From Dipteris shenzhenensis (taxonomy: Eukaryota): a stretch of 64,000 nucleotides of DNA. Numbering within the stretch: the first letter of the stretch is position 1; every line of letters begins with the position of its first letter. The stretch lies in NCBI GenBank assembly GCA_047967505.1, contig CM106538.1. One strand, given 5' to 3'. The position numbers were made by a program, and so were the translations under genes. This document shows positions 38,333 to 51,110 of this stretch, one piece after another. Below the pieces are notes generated by a model. That model did no database searches. It saw nothing but the letters and a program-made list of their open reading frames with translations, and was not told where the DNA came from.

Positions 38333-40945
38333 TCCTAGAAACATGGTGGAGAGAGAAGGTTAGGATGTGAGGAAAGGATACATAAATGAAGACATAATGA
38401 AAGGGTACCTTTCATTTATCAAGTATGATATGACAAGTGAAGTACAAGCCTCACATAGGCTACTCACTCACACACTAGCCAAGTGCACATGGGATAAGTC
38501 CCATAGTGACACTCACACATGACTCACACATGAACTAGTACTAGAACTCCTAGTACTGTACACAACACATCACATCACCACACTCTTTGGCTATGATATC
38601 TCCAACACCCCCCTTCAAATCAAAGAGTGCGAGACCCAACAAGCAAGAGTAGACCGATCCCCCCTCCACTGCAATATTGCAAAGAGCAAGTCCAACTATC
38701 CAACACCTCCTGTGTGATAATAACTACTCAGTTAGCTTGCGACCGGCAAGGGAGAACCATCACTCATCACCCCCCCTTACACTGAACTGGGTGGTCAATA
38801 CCATCAAATCAAAGCAAAAGACAATACATCCATTTTAGGGGGACAACCGATGGTAGAGTACCTCTTATTGACTCCAAATACATTCAATTTTAGAGGGACA
38901 ACTCAAAGCTGAGAACCTTTATCGACTCAACACAAACACACATAGCATAGGGGCCTAGGAAGCCCAACCCTGGTCGAAAGGATCCTCGTCCTCAAGAGAG
39001 AGGCCGTGAACCTCTGCTGTAGCTCCTCAGGGGGCTCTTCAGGTTCAGATGTTCTTCAGCCAGGAGATTGGCATGATGCTTGTCTTGTTCATGATCCTTT
39101 GTCTTGAAGCAACGGGCTTCAATGCGTCCTTTTCTCTTGCAAAACCTGCAAATAATGTTCTTGTTGGTCTTCCATTTTCTTATGGAAGCAAATGTTTGAT
39201 CACTAGGAGAGGCAAGAGCCGGTTTGTTATTGCGACAATCCTTCTCAATGAGGAGTGCTGCCATATCATTAAACGTGGTAGTGGCAAGACGAAGGACTTC
39301 GTGAGTTTTCTCAAAGTGAGAAATTCCATGCATACTCTTCATAAGGACAGCCATTTTATCTTCATCATTGGGCACACTTTTCAAACTTGAGAGTTGTTGA
39401 ACAAGAGATTGAAACCGGGCTAGATAATCACTCAACTCATCACTCTCTTCCATTTTCAAATCATAAACCTTGAGCTTTAGAAAGACTTTAGAGTTGGTGA
39501 TTTTATTACCAAACAAGGTCTCGAGGTTAGCTGTCGACTTAAAATCCACATGATGGATGAGAGAGTTGGCTAAGGAAAGACCAATGAGGGCAATGGCCTT
39601 AGCAATCTGTTGCTTCCAAATCCTTTGGTGTTGCTGTTCAAGTAACTCAACCTAGTCATCCTCAACAGCATCCCAAACTCCTTCACGCATAAGGAGCAGC
39701 TGCATTTTGGCATGACATGTGGGAAAACCTTCCCACTTGAACTTCTCCACAAGCAAGGAAGTAGAAGACGACGAAGTCATGATGGCAAAGACATTCGTGA
39801 AGGTGGGCAGAGAGGAAGAAATGAAGACCCAACAAAGAAATGTTATTGGATTCATCTAGGTATATATAGTCTTGGTCTTCAAAACAGGGCAGCAATCTTC
39901 TCGTGTGCAAAAGAGCAAATATAAATGTGTAGTAATGCTCCAAATGTGAACCCGAATCAGAAAACGGCCAAAATAAGCCTCGAAATGTGCAATGGAATGA
40001 TGCAACATGTCCAAACCTCTCAAAATGGCTCACAAGAGCACTCCAAAATGCTGTAGCAGCTATCTGAAGTAGAAGACAGCTGATGGAGATGTGTTGAAGG
40101 CCTCAAAGCAGCTCGGAAATGCCTCTATTGAAGGCGGTTATGCAGCAACAAGCTCAAAACAGGTCGGAAGTGCCTCCAAAGGCCTCGAAGTGCTGCACAA
40201 AATGCTCACAGGTGGTCGAATAACAACAGCAGCAAGATGAGGTTGTCTTGGGAGTTAGAAGACTTTGAAATAACCCTGGGAACCCTCACGTGCAGAAGTG
40301 TGCTGAAGGAAGTGCCGACCAGCTAGCTTTCAGGGGCACCAAAGCTGCCTAAACCTCCACACACGTAGGTGCAGCTTGCACGAGCTGCCGACCAGCAATC
40401 AAGGAGAGGAAAATGGGCATCTAAAACACTCGCATGAGGGCAACAAAGGAGGCAGCAGGAGATGTAGCGCTGGCTGGGTATGGAGGAGGCAGAAAACAGA
40501 AACTAATGGCGGCAGAAAAAAGTAGAATGAGGCAGGGCTGAGGCAAAATAGAGTAGGGCCGAGGCGTCTATAGAAATGGAGGCTAAAACTGGATTAGGGT
40601 TAGGGCTAGGATGATGTGGCAGCTATGGGATGGTGAATCTGCCCTGATACCATTGTAGAAACATGGTGGAGAGAGGAGCGAGAAGGCTAGGGTGTGAGGA
40701 AATGATACATAATGAAGACATAATCAAAGGATATGTTTCATTCATCAAGTATGACATGACAAGTGAAGTACAAGCTTTATATAGGCTACTCACTCACACA
40801 CTAGCACTAAGTGCATATGGGATAAGTCACATAATGGCACGTGGCACTCACACATGACTCACACACATGAACTAGTACTAGAACTCCTAGTACTACACAC
40901 CAACACATCACATCACCACACTCTTTGGCTATGATATGTCCAACA
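38333..40945 (-). mobile_element. Gag-only non-autonomous LTR retrotransposon (TR-GAG-like)
   Basis: LTRs 40654-40945 and about 38333-38607, PBS TGGTATCAGGGC 40641-40652, PPT AAGGGGGG 38608-38615, imperfect TSD GTCAT/TTCAT; no pol. Confidence 0.85.
38992..39780 (-). pseudogene. Copia-type Gag with degenerate zinc knuckle
   Basis: MQLLLMREGVWDAVED...KVYDLKMEESDELSDYLARFQSLVQQL...CRFCKRKGRIEARC. Confidence 0.8.
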
Positions 40946-41989
40946 TTCATCTCCCTCTATCCCATGTCTCAGATTACTTCAGTGTTCTTTAACTTTTTTT
41001 ACAATTTTTGTTATAGCCTCGAGAGGAATCCTATTTGAATTTAAGTCATAGCAATGACTGACATCTAATCTTCTCTGTTTAGACATGGCTGCAAGGGTCT
41101 CTACCAAAGCACAACTGAAAGTGTGATTCAAGTTACTGTACCAACAATATGGCGTGATTGGAGGCATGCACCGGCAATGTCATTAGACATGGCTCCACCA
41201 AAACACAACTGATGATGCAGTTGGAGGCAATCTACCATCAATAGGGGTCGATTAAGAACGGTGAAGTAGATTAGGCACTTCTCCCTAGTCATACCTTGTT
41301 TCCACTCTACATGATTCCGACATGGTTCCAAAGGACCAGGGAAAGAGTGATATTGACATTGTAGAGGAGGCCATTGAGTTGATAGAGTGCATGATTCAAG
41401 TTCATGGGCACAAACTAATTCTTGGATCCCCCCCACCAACCCACCGTGGAGCCCTTGGAGCCCTCAAATCCCCCCTGCCACCGACCCCCAGCCCTATTGA
41501 GTTGCTGTAGTATATGGATCTTGAGTTCATCACAGTGCATCTTTGACAAGTTAGTCTATTTTGGTTTGTAACAAGAACTTCGTGTTATCTTGTTATCATT
41601 TTGGTAACGTATCATTTTAGAAATATTTGTGATGTGAGATATTGAATGTTTACTGAATATTAACTTGGACACAGACTTGAACCTTCTTTACAAAATGTTT
41701 GATTTTCTTTTTGTAATGCCAGTCACTAGGATGAAGGATACACATCATGCACACAATCCATTATATTTAAAGTCAAACCTCAATCGGAGCAATCATTACC
41801 AAAAGAAAACTCATCAAGGAAGGCATTCCACTTGATAAGTCTTATGAAATAACAAAATTGTTACATCAAATTTGTATTTTCTGAACTAACAACCACCGTG
41901 CTGGTTGCCACCACTATATTGGTTATGTTTACTGCAATTATGCTAGTTAATTTTGATTTGCGTCTTATGAAATTGGGGATATCCACAAA

Positions 41990-42379
41990 GAGAAAGAAAG
42001 AAAGAAAGAAAGTGTATTATTGTCCACTAGAGGCCAAAATGGGCCCATGGGACATCAAGAACTCTGCATACAAGATAGCACAAAATCAACGTGCCCCAAA
42101 GAAGAGGCATCGTCGAATATCATCTAAGTGCTACGCAATATAATGCAAGTGAAAGTACATAATGTCAAATCTGAGCCTAAATACAGAGTAAACTAGATGC
42201 AAGGAAACCGCCCCCGGGTGCAAAATGGGGGGGATGAGCACAATATGTCAATGCAAAGATACAAGTCCAGGTGTCACGGAGTCTGAGAACCAAAATAATA
42301 CTGGAAACCTGTCCATCGACTCTGCCTCCTGCTATGAGAGTACAAATCTGGGCAAAGGTGAGGTGAGCGGCTGGTGGGG
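41990..42379 (-). mobile_element. 5'-truncated 3' end of the young RTE-X-like family
   Basis: Near-identical to 9731-10115; (GAAA)n tail at left and (GA)n at the 5' junction. Confidence 0.92.
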
Positions 42380-44086
42380 TGAGAGAGAGAGAGAGAGAGA
42401 GGAGGGGGAGGGGGGGGGAGAGGCAATGCCCTTATTGCATTTAACCTACTCGGTGGTTGCAATAACAACCATCGTGCTGGTTGCATAGGCCAACGAGAGT
42501 GACCATTTTTGAATGCATAGGTTTTTAAGTACTCTTTATAGCGACCAGCACAGTGGATGAAATAAAAGTCATTGTGTTGGTTGCAACTACTGTGCTGATT
42601 GTGTTGGTTGCAGCCACCATGTTGGTTGCAACCACTATGCTGGTTTTGAGTACTTCAGTACAAATAATGAAGAAAAATTGAAAGCACTTATATTAATGTA
42701 GCATCATACATTAGATGTATTAAAACATCTGTATACATTCATATATACTAAGTGTACACGTATTCTAAGATCCATGAATACAAATGTTTGGCATGTGGGA
42801 TTCAAAGATCCGTTTATGTATTCAAGTTTACATACGATTCAAGTGCATAAGAGGGAAACATATTTCTAATGAGCCCTCCAAACAGGAATGGACTTAAATG
42901 GGGCTCTTTGTTTTCCTCGTATGCAAATTGCTGGATTAAACATTTACAATTGTAATACTTGACTCCATGTAGAAGCGAGTCAAGAATAACAGAAAAAAAT
43001 TGGCTCACAATTTTGTTTTGAAATTTTATTCACTTGACCATTACAAAATAAGATGGGATTGCATTCCCTGGCTGTCTTTTAGTACACAGAATAGTGCACC
43101 TCCACAATTTCTTGCAAGCTTGTGGCTTAGCAATGGGTGCATCAGGCTGGGATGGTGTCGTACTCCTAGTTTGCTTGGCTGGGACGAGGTCTTTCTTCAT
43201 AACTTTTGGGCTGTCAATGATACACAATGCCCCCTTTGCTTTCTTCTGCTGCAAATCTGCAAACAATTACATCTAGCAAAGTCTTCATTCAGCAATTGCA
43301 AAGTAAGATCTTTGCTATGATGGCTTTGAACTTTTCTCCTCAACGCCTGCATTCATGCACCTTCTTCCCTATGTGCAATGCTGACATTCTTCCGCTTCTG
43401 CTGAACTTCCTTGCTATTGCAAGATCAAGGATCCCTCAGCGGGTCTACATGAATTTTCTTGCATTTTAGTGTACTCCTACAGCCCCTTATCAGCAATGTC
43501 GTCAAACCCAAAAGCAAAGAAGCTTTTGCCCAATCGTCTTTGTCAAGTGCAGCCTGCAGTGAATCTAAGTCACAGTGTCGTGAATCTGCGCCAATTGGCT
43601 TAGAGGAGCCTATTCGTGACAATGTGTTGCAATTTGTATAAAATGATAAAATAGTTTCATAAGAATCAGGAGCACACAACTGGACAAAAAATACTTGGCT
43701 GTAGAGTGATAACATTACCGACATCCAGTTAGTTCCAGGTTTCACCATTGTTGCCTACCCGTCCGTCATGGGACGTCACCTTGTACAAGAATAGCAACAC
43801 CTTAATTAATATCCCGAAGATGCACATAAACTATTCACTACATGAAGTTATTATATATTGAAGATGAAAACATTCTAAGAAGTGATGAAGTACATTATTT
43901 TATGACAAAAACCATTGACTCAATGATATTATTATATCTTAAGATGAATCGGGCATAATTGAGTTGACTCTATGTAAAATTTCTGAAATAGAATTTGGTC
44001 TAACATTCGAAGTGATAGAGTTACATATGGATTTATATGGCATAGAAGTATGATGGTTGTTATTTCAACCACCGGGCTAGAGGTTG

Positions 44087-45444
44087 TACCACTCCGCTAC
44101 CCCCCCGCTACCCCCTCGTTGCTACCCTCACTACCCCTCCGTACCCCCTCGCGGTGGCTAATTGAGAGGTAGAGATGATACGAGGGGAAAGTATTGTGGA
44201 GCCGTGGCCAGTGAGAGGAGACCTGTGATGATGATGCAGGAGAGGGGGAGGAGAGAGGTGGCGTAGATGATGAGACAGATGATGGTGGTGAAATAGTGGT
44301 GGTAACCATAGAGGTCGAGGATGTGGTGAGCGGCATGGGCTTTGGGTGGGCCCCTTTCTTCTGGGCTCTGGTGCTGTCCACTGTCAAACTGCTCCGGTTG
44401 CTGCATTTGTTGACGTCGTCCAAACTGAGTTGCTTCTGTGTTTTCGCCTTGTCACTGTTCCCCTTCCCCATCTCCACGCATATGCAAATTTGGACCAAAG
44501 GGTCTCCCACCTAGTCTCCTATCCTCATCCCCCTGTTCCCTTCATTACGGGGGAGGCAGCAGCGAGCAAAGAAGGGATTGCACGAGGTCGGAGCTGTTGA
44601 AGAAGAACCCAAAAAAAAAAAAGGGATCGGAGCTGCGAGCAGGGGTTTTTATTTTTATTTTTTTTTAAAGCGAGGGGGGGTTGGGGGGGGGGGGGGTAGC
44701 GTACGGAGTGGTAGCGAGGGTAGCAACAAGGGGGTAACAGGGGGGTAGCGGAGGGGTAGTGGGGGGGTAGCGGAGGGGGTAGCGGGGGGTAGTGGAGGGG
44801 TAGCGAGGGGGTACGGAGGGGTAGCGAGGGTAGAAACGAGGGGGTAGCGGGGGGTAGCAGATGGGGGTAGCGAGGGGGTAGCAGGGGGTAGTGGAGGGGG
44901 TAGCGGGGGGGTAGCGAGGGGGTAGCGGAAGGGTAGCGAGGGGGTAGCGGAGGGGGTAGTGGGGGGTAGCGAGGGGGTAGCACAAGGGTAGCAGAGAGAA
45001 GACGGCGAGAGAGCCCTAAGAGTAGGTGCTACGAGAGGTGTGAATTTAGATGTGAATGGGCTGAGAATAAGAGAGCTGAAGCGAACTGAAAGATGGAATG
45101 CTGAGGTATATACTACTGAAAGGAACTGCTGAAACAGCCTTGGCACTGCCCTGCACTGCTGCTGTCCAAGTCACACCTTTGCTGCATGGTATCCTATCTT
45201 GAACTGATGGCGAAAATGGCCAAGGACTAGAGGCTGGAACTGTGCAGCTGGAGGCTGAACCGAAGGAGCAAGCTGGAGAAGATTGGAGCAACGAGGGGGT
45301 TTTTTTGGGGGGGGAGGGGGGGTAGCGGAGGGGTAGCGAGGGGGTACGGAGGGGTAGCGAGGGGGTAGCGGGGGGGTGGCGGAGGGGTAGTGGGGGGGGG
45401 TAGCGGGGGTTAGCGGCCTCGCTACTCCTACATACCACTCCCCC
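44087..45444. repeat. Arrays of a 10-12 bp GGGGGTAGCG(A/G) unit: C-rich at 44087-44151, G-rich at 44690-44991 and 45305-45416
   Basis: Directly visible; the first array is inverted relative to the other two. Confidence 0.85.
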
Positions 45445-48400
45445 GTCCTAATCATGCTGTGCCCACCCTCAGCACAACCTCAGCAGCCCACCTTCATTCC
45501 AACCCCTCTCGAGATCCAGTTCCCACCTGGACGAGGACATCTTAGGTCCCCACCAGATGCTTGAGACTCCCTATTGGCAGAGCTGACACATTATACCCAG
45601 AAGCAGGCCTAATACACCCAGGAGCAGGCCCGCATTATACACGAGCAGGGCACCCTTATCCAGGGACTCAGACATGACATCACATAGCTTCGAGAGAAGC
45701 TCGGAACCCTCAGAGCAGCGCCTGGAGAGACCCCAGTTATAGAGATGGAGGCACAGATAGCCACGATACAGTCGGTTGTAGCAAAGACGACTAGATGGGT
45801 GGACGTGGCAAAACGGGAGCCCACAAAGGCAACCGTTTCAGCTGCCATATAGGAGCAACAGTAGAGGGCTTCGAAGGTCCTCAACATCCGAATACGAGGA
45901 ATCACACGAGATAGCACCAGCACCACTACGACGCCCAAGGAGGAGGCGATCACCTTTGTGACCACCTCCATGGGGATCCCCGACCATGGCATAGAGGGGG
46001 CATGGCGTGTTGGGAGAGATCCCAACGGAGAGCAGTCCCTAGTCATTCGCTTCAGAGATTCACATGCTCGACTAGCGACACTCCGATGCCGAGCCGCTCT
46101 ACGAGAGCATCCCACCTTGTCCATGGACGAAGAGATGGGATGTTGCCCGCAAGGAGGGGAAATGGACCGTGGTCCAAGATGGCAGGTTGTTGAGCGGCAC
46201 CCGTCGGGCTCCCACCCGTACCCCCTAGGGGGATGGAGCCTATGAGACTCAGGTTTCCGAGACCCTAGACTGCACCATTTGGAACTGTAATGGTACCTTA
46301 TGGTCAAACCTAGGAAACTTCTCGGAGTCTTATACAGGACGAGACAATCTTTTACACGGAGACACACCAGAGCCTAGAGCAACCACTACCGATAGTCAAT
46401 GGCTACACATGGGAGTCAGCCTTCGGGGATGAGACAAGGGACACAGGAGGAGCCTGAGGATCAGGTGGGGTTGCAGTATTGTACAAGTCTTCCCTCGCTG
46501 GAGCCATCTCCATTGAGAGGAAGGACGCACACTCCCGATTCATGTGGATCCAGATCCGATGCACAGGCACCTGTGATCTTTTCATAGCAATATGCTACTT
46601 CCCGCCAGACACATCCCACTTCACTAGAGTGGCACGAGAGGAGGGTGAGACATTGCCATATGCACCCTTACATCAGGATATCCTAGACCTTTTAGCCCGT
46701 GGGAAAGTTCTCCTTGTTGGAGACCTCAACACCAGGACGAGCACGCGCCAGGCACCACTCCTGGACTTCCGAGACGACTCTATCATGCTACAGACATGGA
46801 CCTAGACAGAGTAGGTATGACCAGGACCGACACGGGCCTGTTACACCATATGGACACGCGCTCCTTGATCTGGGCAAGATGCATGATCTCATCATCTACA
46901 ACGGGTTGACCTATGGCCCTCCTCAGGTGGTTTTACTTGCTTCCCACACGAGGGGGACACTAGTGTAGTAGATTACATCATCGGATCCCCTACCTTCACT
47001 TCATGTATCACCGACTTCACCGTAGCACCACTGCCTTCAGGAGCTGATCCCACATACCTATTCTTCACTATCGCCACCCCACCCACACCACACACACCAC
47101 ATAGGAAGCACGACACCTACCATGACATACACTTTGATCACAGCCTCTCAACGGCCTACTCTGGACGCCTAAATAGACTCCTAACCTACATCAATCACAT
47201 ACCACTCATTGAGGTCTGTTCTGCCCTGATTAGTCGCACACTCCACGAGGCTACCCTCCAAATCTTTCCCCACACCACACAGTCCACTAGACCACCACCT
47301 CTTGATTCTGTACCCTGCAACAATTGGTACAATGCGGAGTGCAAGGCTTATCGCCGATAGCTCTGACTTGAAACCAGATGTCACCTCTCGAACACACCAG
47401 ACACGATACGCAAGTACTGACATCTCGTACGTCGGAAGAAGTAGGCATTTCTTTGTTGAAACGAGGAGCTATTGCACATCTTGTACAGAAACAACTCTAA
47501 GGATTTTTGGCAGAGATTCCCTGAGCGTAGGTCTCCATCACCCCTTACCAACACAAGAGTCTGGCACACGTATGCACACCATCTTTATGATGTCCCACAC
47601 CAACTGACTCCACGTCTTATACACACACCTCACCCCACCACCTACACATTGTTCACCAGAGGGGGAGTCAAGGATGCGACATTGAAACTGCACACAATGG
47701 TCGAGCTAAGGATCATGAGGGGCTATGCACTCAATTAATGACATATGGGATCAACACGTTAGCCTCGATTCTAGCAAATCTATTCAATGACGCTGTTTGC
47801 CTTGGCTTCCCCCGCACTTGGACATTCAACACCATCACCCCCATCCACAAGGCATGGGATCCCATGGACCTGAGTAACTACAGGACTATCATGATTGGAC
47901 ATGTGATGTCCAAGATCTATGCAGCTGTATTGGATGCGTCGGTCAACCTATTCGTAGAGATGAGAGGGCTCAGAGCAGAGGGTCAGGCCGGTTTCAGGCG
48001 AGACCATGGGACTATGGATCACATACACCCAGGAGTGTCATTGAGGAGGCCAGATTACAGAAGGAGAGGGTATATTGCTGCTTTGTGGATTTTCGCAAAG
48101 GTTGACACAGTACCTCGAGCTCGTTTCATCACACGCCTACAGACACTGGGATTTGATCAAGAGATCATTTGGGCAGTCATGGCACTGTATGAGAGAGTCT
48201 CAGGCCGAGTTCGGACAGGCGTTCGGATAGGCGCAGGTTGGAGAAATGAGATCTTGAGTACCATAGGGGTCAAACAGAGTTGTCCCTTATCACCGACCCT
48301 GTTTAGCCTCTCCATTGATGAGCTTGAGACTTTCATGGGGGTGTTCGGAGGGACCGGTTGCTCACTTGTCGAGATCATCATCAAGATTCTTCTTTATGCT

Positions 48401-50417
48401 AATGACGTGGCACTCTTGTCGTCCACACTCGAGAGGCTCCAGCGACACCTGGATGCACTGCAGGCTTTTTGTTTATCCCATGATTTGGAGGTCAACCTTG
48501 GTAAGACCAAGGTCATGATCTTTAACACCTCTCGAGCAAACATGCAACGGAAGCAGTTTACTTTTACTTTTGGTGGGTCACCAGTTGAGATCATATCCTT
48601 ATACACTTACTTGGGGGTTATCTTCTCCGGCCCGATCTTCACGATGAGACCAATGATGCAGGCCAGACTGAGCAGGGGATACGCCTCACTTGCTCAGCTA
48701 GAGAGACAATACTTTCACTCCCACTTCCAGGACCCTCGGACCAAGGAGTCGAAACCCTCGGACCAAGGAGTTTCGACACCTTGGTCCGAGGGTCCTGGAA
48801 GTGGGAGTGGAAGTATTGTCTCTCTAGCCGAGCTAGTGAGGCGTATCCCCTGCTCCTTGGTCCAAGGGTCCTGGAAGTGGGAGTGGAAGTATTGTCTCTC
48901 TAGTCGAGCCAATGAGGCGTGTCCCCTGCTCAGTCTGGCCTACATCGCTGGTCTCATCATGAAGTTCGGGCCTCTTCAACTCCTTGGTCTGACCAGCCGG
49001 TATGTATGGCAACCCTTGTTGGGGGCCTGACATGTCAGAGATAGAGTGGACATGGGTGGAGCGCCTGCAGATCCTCATGCTCTCACGGATGATCCAGGGG
49101 AAACTGTCTGTACCACATCACATCATTCAGGTCGAGTTTGGTGCTTCTCCACTCCAGCTAGAGGCAGCCTTTCAGACCATCACATATCTACACCGGGTTA
49201 GATCATATGGGGACTGCACATCAGGGAGACAGAGGTTGCCATGGTTGGCTCTCGATTCCTCCATGAGGTTGGTAGCAGAGGGAGATGAGCGATGCTGGTA
49301 TGCGCAGACTCACAGATGGTTTGTGAGACTAGGGTTCCACATTGATAAGATACCTCCTTTTCAGTACAATTTAGATGCACCTCCAGTACTCCCACCCACC
49401 ATCCCGATCAAGCCACACACCAACCAGGTCATTCGAGAGGATCTCCTGCAGCTACACACCTTTAGGACCTGGTTGGAGCCGAGGGAGCTTCCAGTGAAGC
49501 TGAGTTTCTATAGAGATTACTGTCTTTGTATTTCGGAGAAGGGATTCATCACACCACCGGGGTACATTGAGCTTCATATGCCTCACTCACTACGGATCTC
49601 CATCGGACAATTTCGGGTATCATCACACCGCCTCTGCATAGAGAGCGGCAGAGCAGAGGGGATTCCTAGGGAGCATCGCTTATGCATATTGTGCGACTGT
49701 CAGGAGGTTGAGTCGGAGAAGCATTTTATTTTCAGGTGCCCAGTGTACTACGAGATCCGAGGCCGCTACCACTGCCCCTTCAGAGACGGCTCCGGGCTCC
49801 TTTCCAGATTCCTCACCTACCCAGATCAGAGATGCCTCGCGGCCTTCATTCACGAGGGGGTCTGACACAGAGAGTACTTACTCAGGCGACGGCGCTTGGC
49901 CACATCATCAAAGACCTCTCAGAGCTGGATCACAGAGTTCTTACCATCGAGTGACATTCGTCCAGTCTCTAGCCACAGACGTGATAGAGACCCTGACCCG
50001 ACGATCGCAGCACAACACACGAGACATGAAGGGAACGCACAGATCACTCTGGGGAACCTCTCGTCATTGTTTAGACCCGAGATACGTCCCACGGGAGTCA
50101 TGGTTGCTCTGGTCTTGTGTCGAGCCTCGTCTAGGAGACCGAGACGCACAGCACCCCTTGACGGGCACCAGCGTCCCATCACCGACTATGCACCAGCCAG
50201 GGTGACATGACATATGGAGGATTCCGCTCCGCTCCAGTCCTTTTCTTTTCATTGTTACATCCAGATGTATTTGATTATGTATGATCAGACTTAAGATTCA
50301 ACACGGGTGATGATGCTCGTTTCAGTAGCTCCACCCTTACTATGATTTGTATCAGGTTTTCTTTCAGTCTCATAGACCCATCGGTCTTCCAAAGACTGTA
50401 ATGAAATTTCTTTCTTT

Positions 50418-50435
<18 letters not shown>
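45445..50435 (+). mobile_element. Near full-length degenerate RTE-X-like LINE (ORF1, APE, RT, Cys/His motif, 3' stem-loop, TTTC/CT tail)
   Basis: ORF1 about 45454-46245 (KVLNIRIRGI, WRVG, LVIRF); APE (GGVAVL, CYFPP, VGDLNTRT, VVDYIIGS); RT (GVKQSCPLSP, LLYANDV); GQFRVSSHRLCIESGR...CILC...HFIFRC. Confidence 0.92.
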
Positions 50436-50451
<16 letters not shown>

Positions 50452-50479
50452 CACATATATATAGTGTGGATAACAATGC

Positions 50480-51110
50480 ACAGATAATAGTGCTAAAGAC
50501 TCATAAGAAGTGTCCAAAATGTTTTGAGCAGTTGTTGCCCAAAAGGGAGTGCTCACTGCTAAGGGAGCTGAAGAGTGATGAGCAATTGCTTGCTGTTGTT
50601 AAGAAGTTCTGATGAGTGCTAAAAAGTTCCAGAAAGTAGGAACAATTGTCCAGAGATTGCTGAAACATGTCAGAAGGTGGGAATAAGCGTCGGCAAAGTA
50701 CTAGAAAGATGCCCAAAATGTGCTAAAAAGTGGCTGAAAGGTGCTTGAAAGTGCTAAAGAGTGCTACAAAGTGCCCAAACATGCTCAAGCACTAGAAAAC
50801 TTGCTAGAAAGTGCAAACAAGTGCTCAAACAGTGCTTACAAGATTATGAAAAGTGCTAAAGAGTACCAGGAGAGTGCTGAGAAGATTCTACAAGTGCAAA
50901 AAAGTGCCAAGAAGCCTAAAATAAGTGCTTAGTACTGTTAAGAGGTTCTAAACATAGCCAAAATGTGGCAGAAAGTGCTGGAAAAGTGTGAAACAGTTCT
51001 AGAAAGTGCTACAAGAGTGCTCAGAAAATGCTTGCTTAGAGAGTGCTAAGGGAACGTGAAAAAATTGTATCGTCTTAAAGTTGCTACAAGAGCTCAAAAC
51101 TGCACTCCTG
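50480..51110 (+). repeat. Degenerate short-period AAGTGC(T/C) repeat region
   Basis: Many AAGTGCT/GAGTGCT units, followed by a piece of RTE-X-like 3' UTR (51160-51220). Confidence 0.6.

Noticed and set aside
44525-45455. PPRYP-repeat proline-rich ORFs
   Set aside because: Open in several frames because of the GGGGGTAGCG repeat; no coding evidence.
45609-46367. 252 aa minus-strand ORF
   Set aside because: Antisense shadow of the GC-rich LINE ORF1 region; no recognisable domain.
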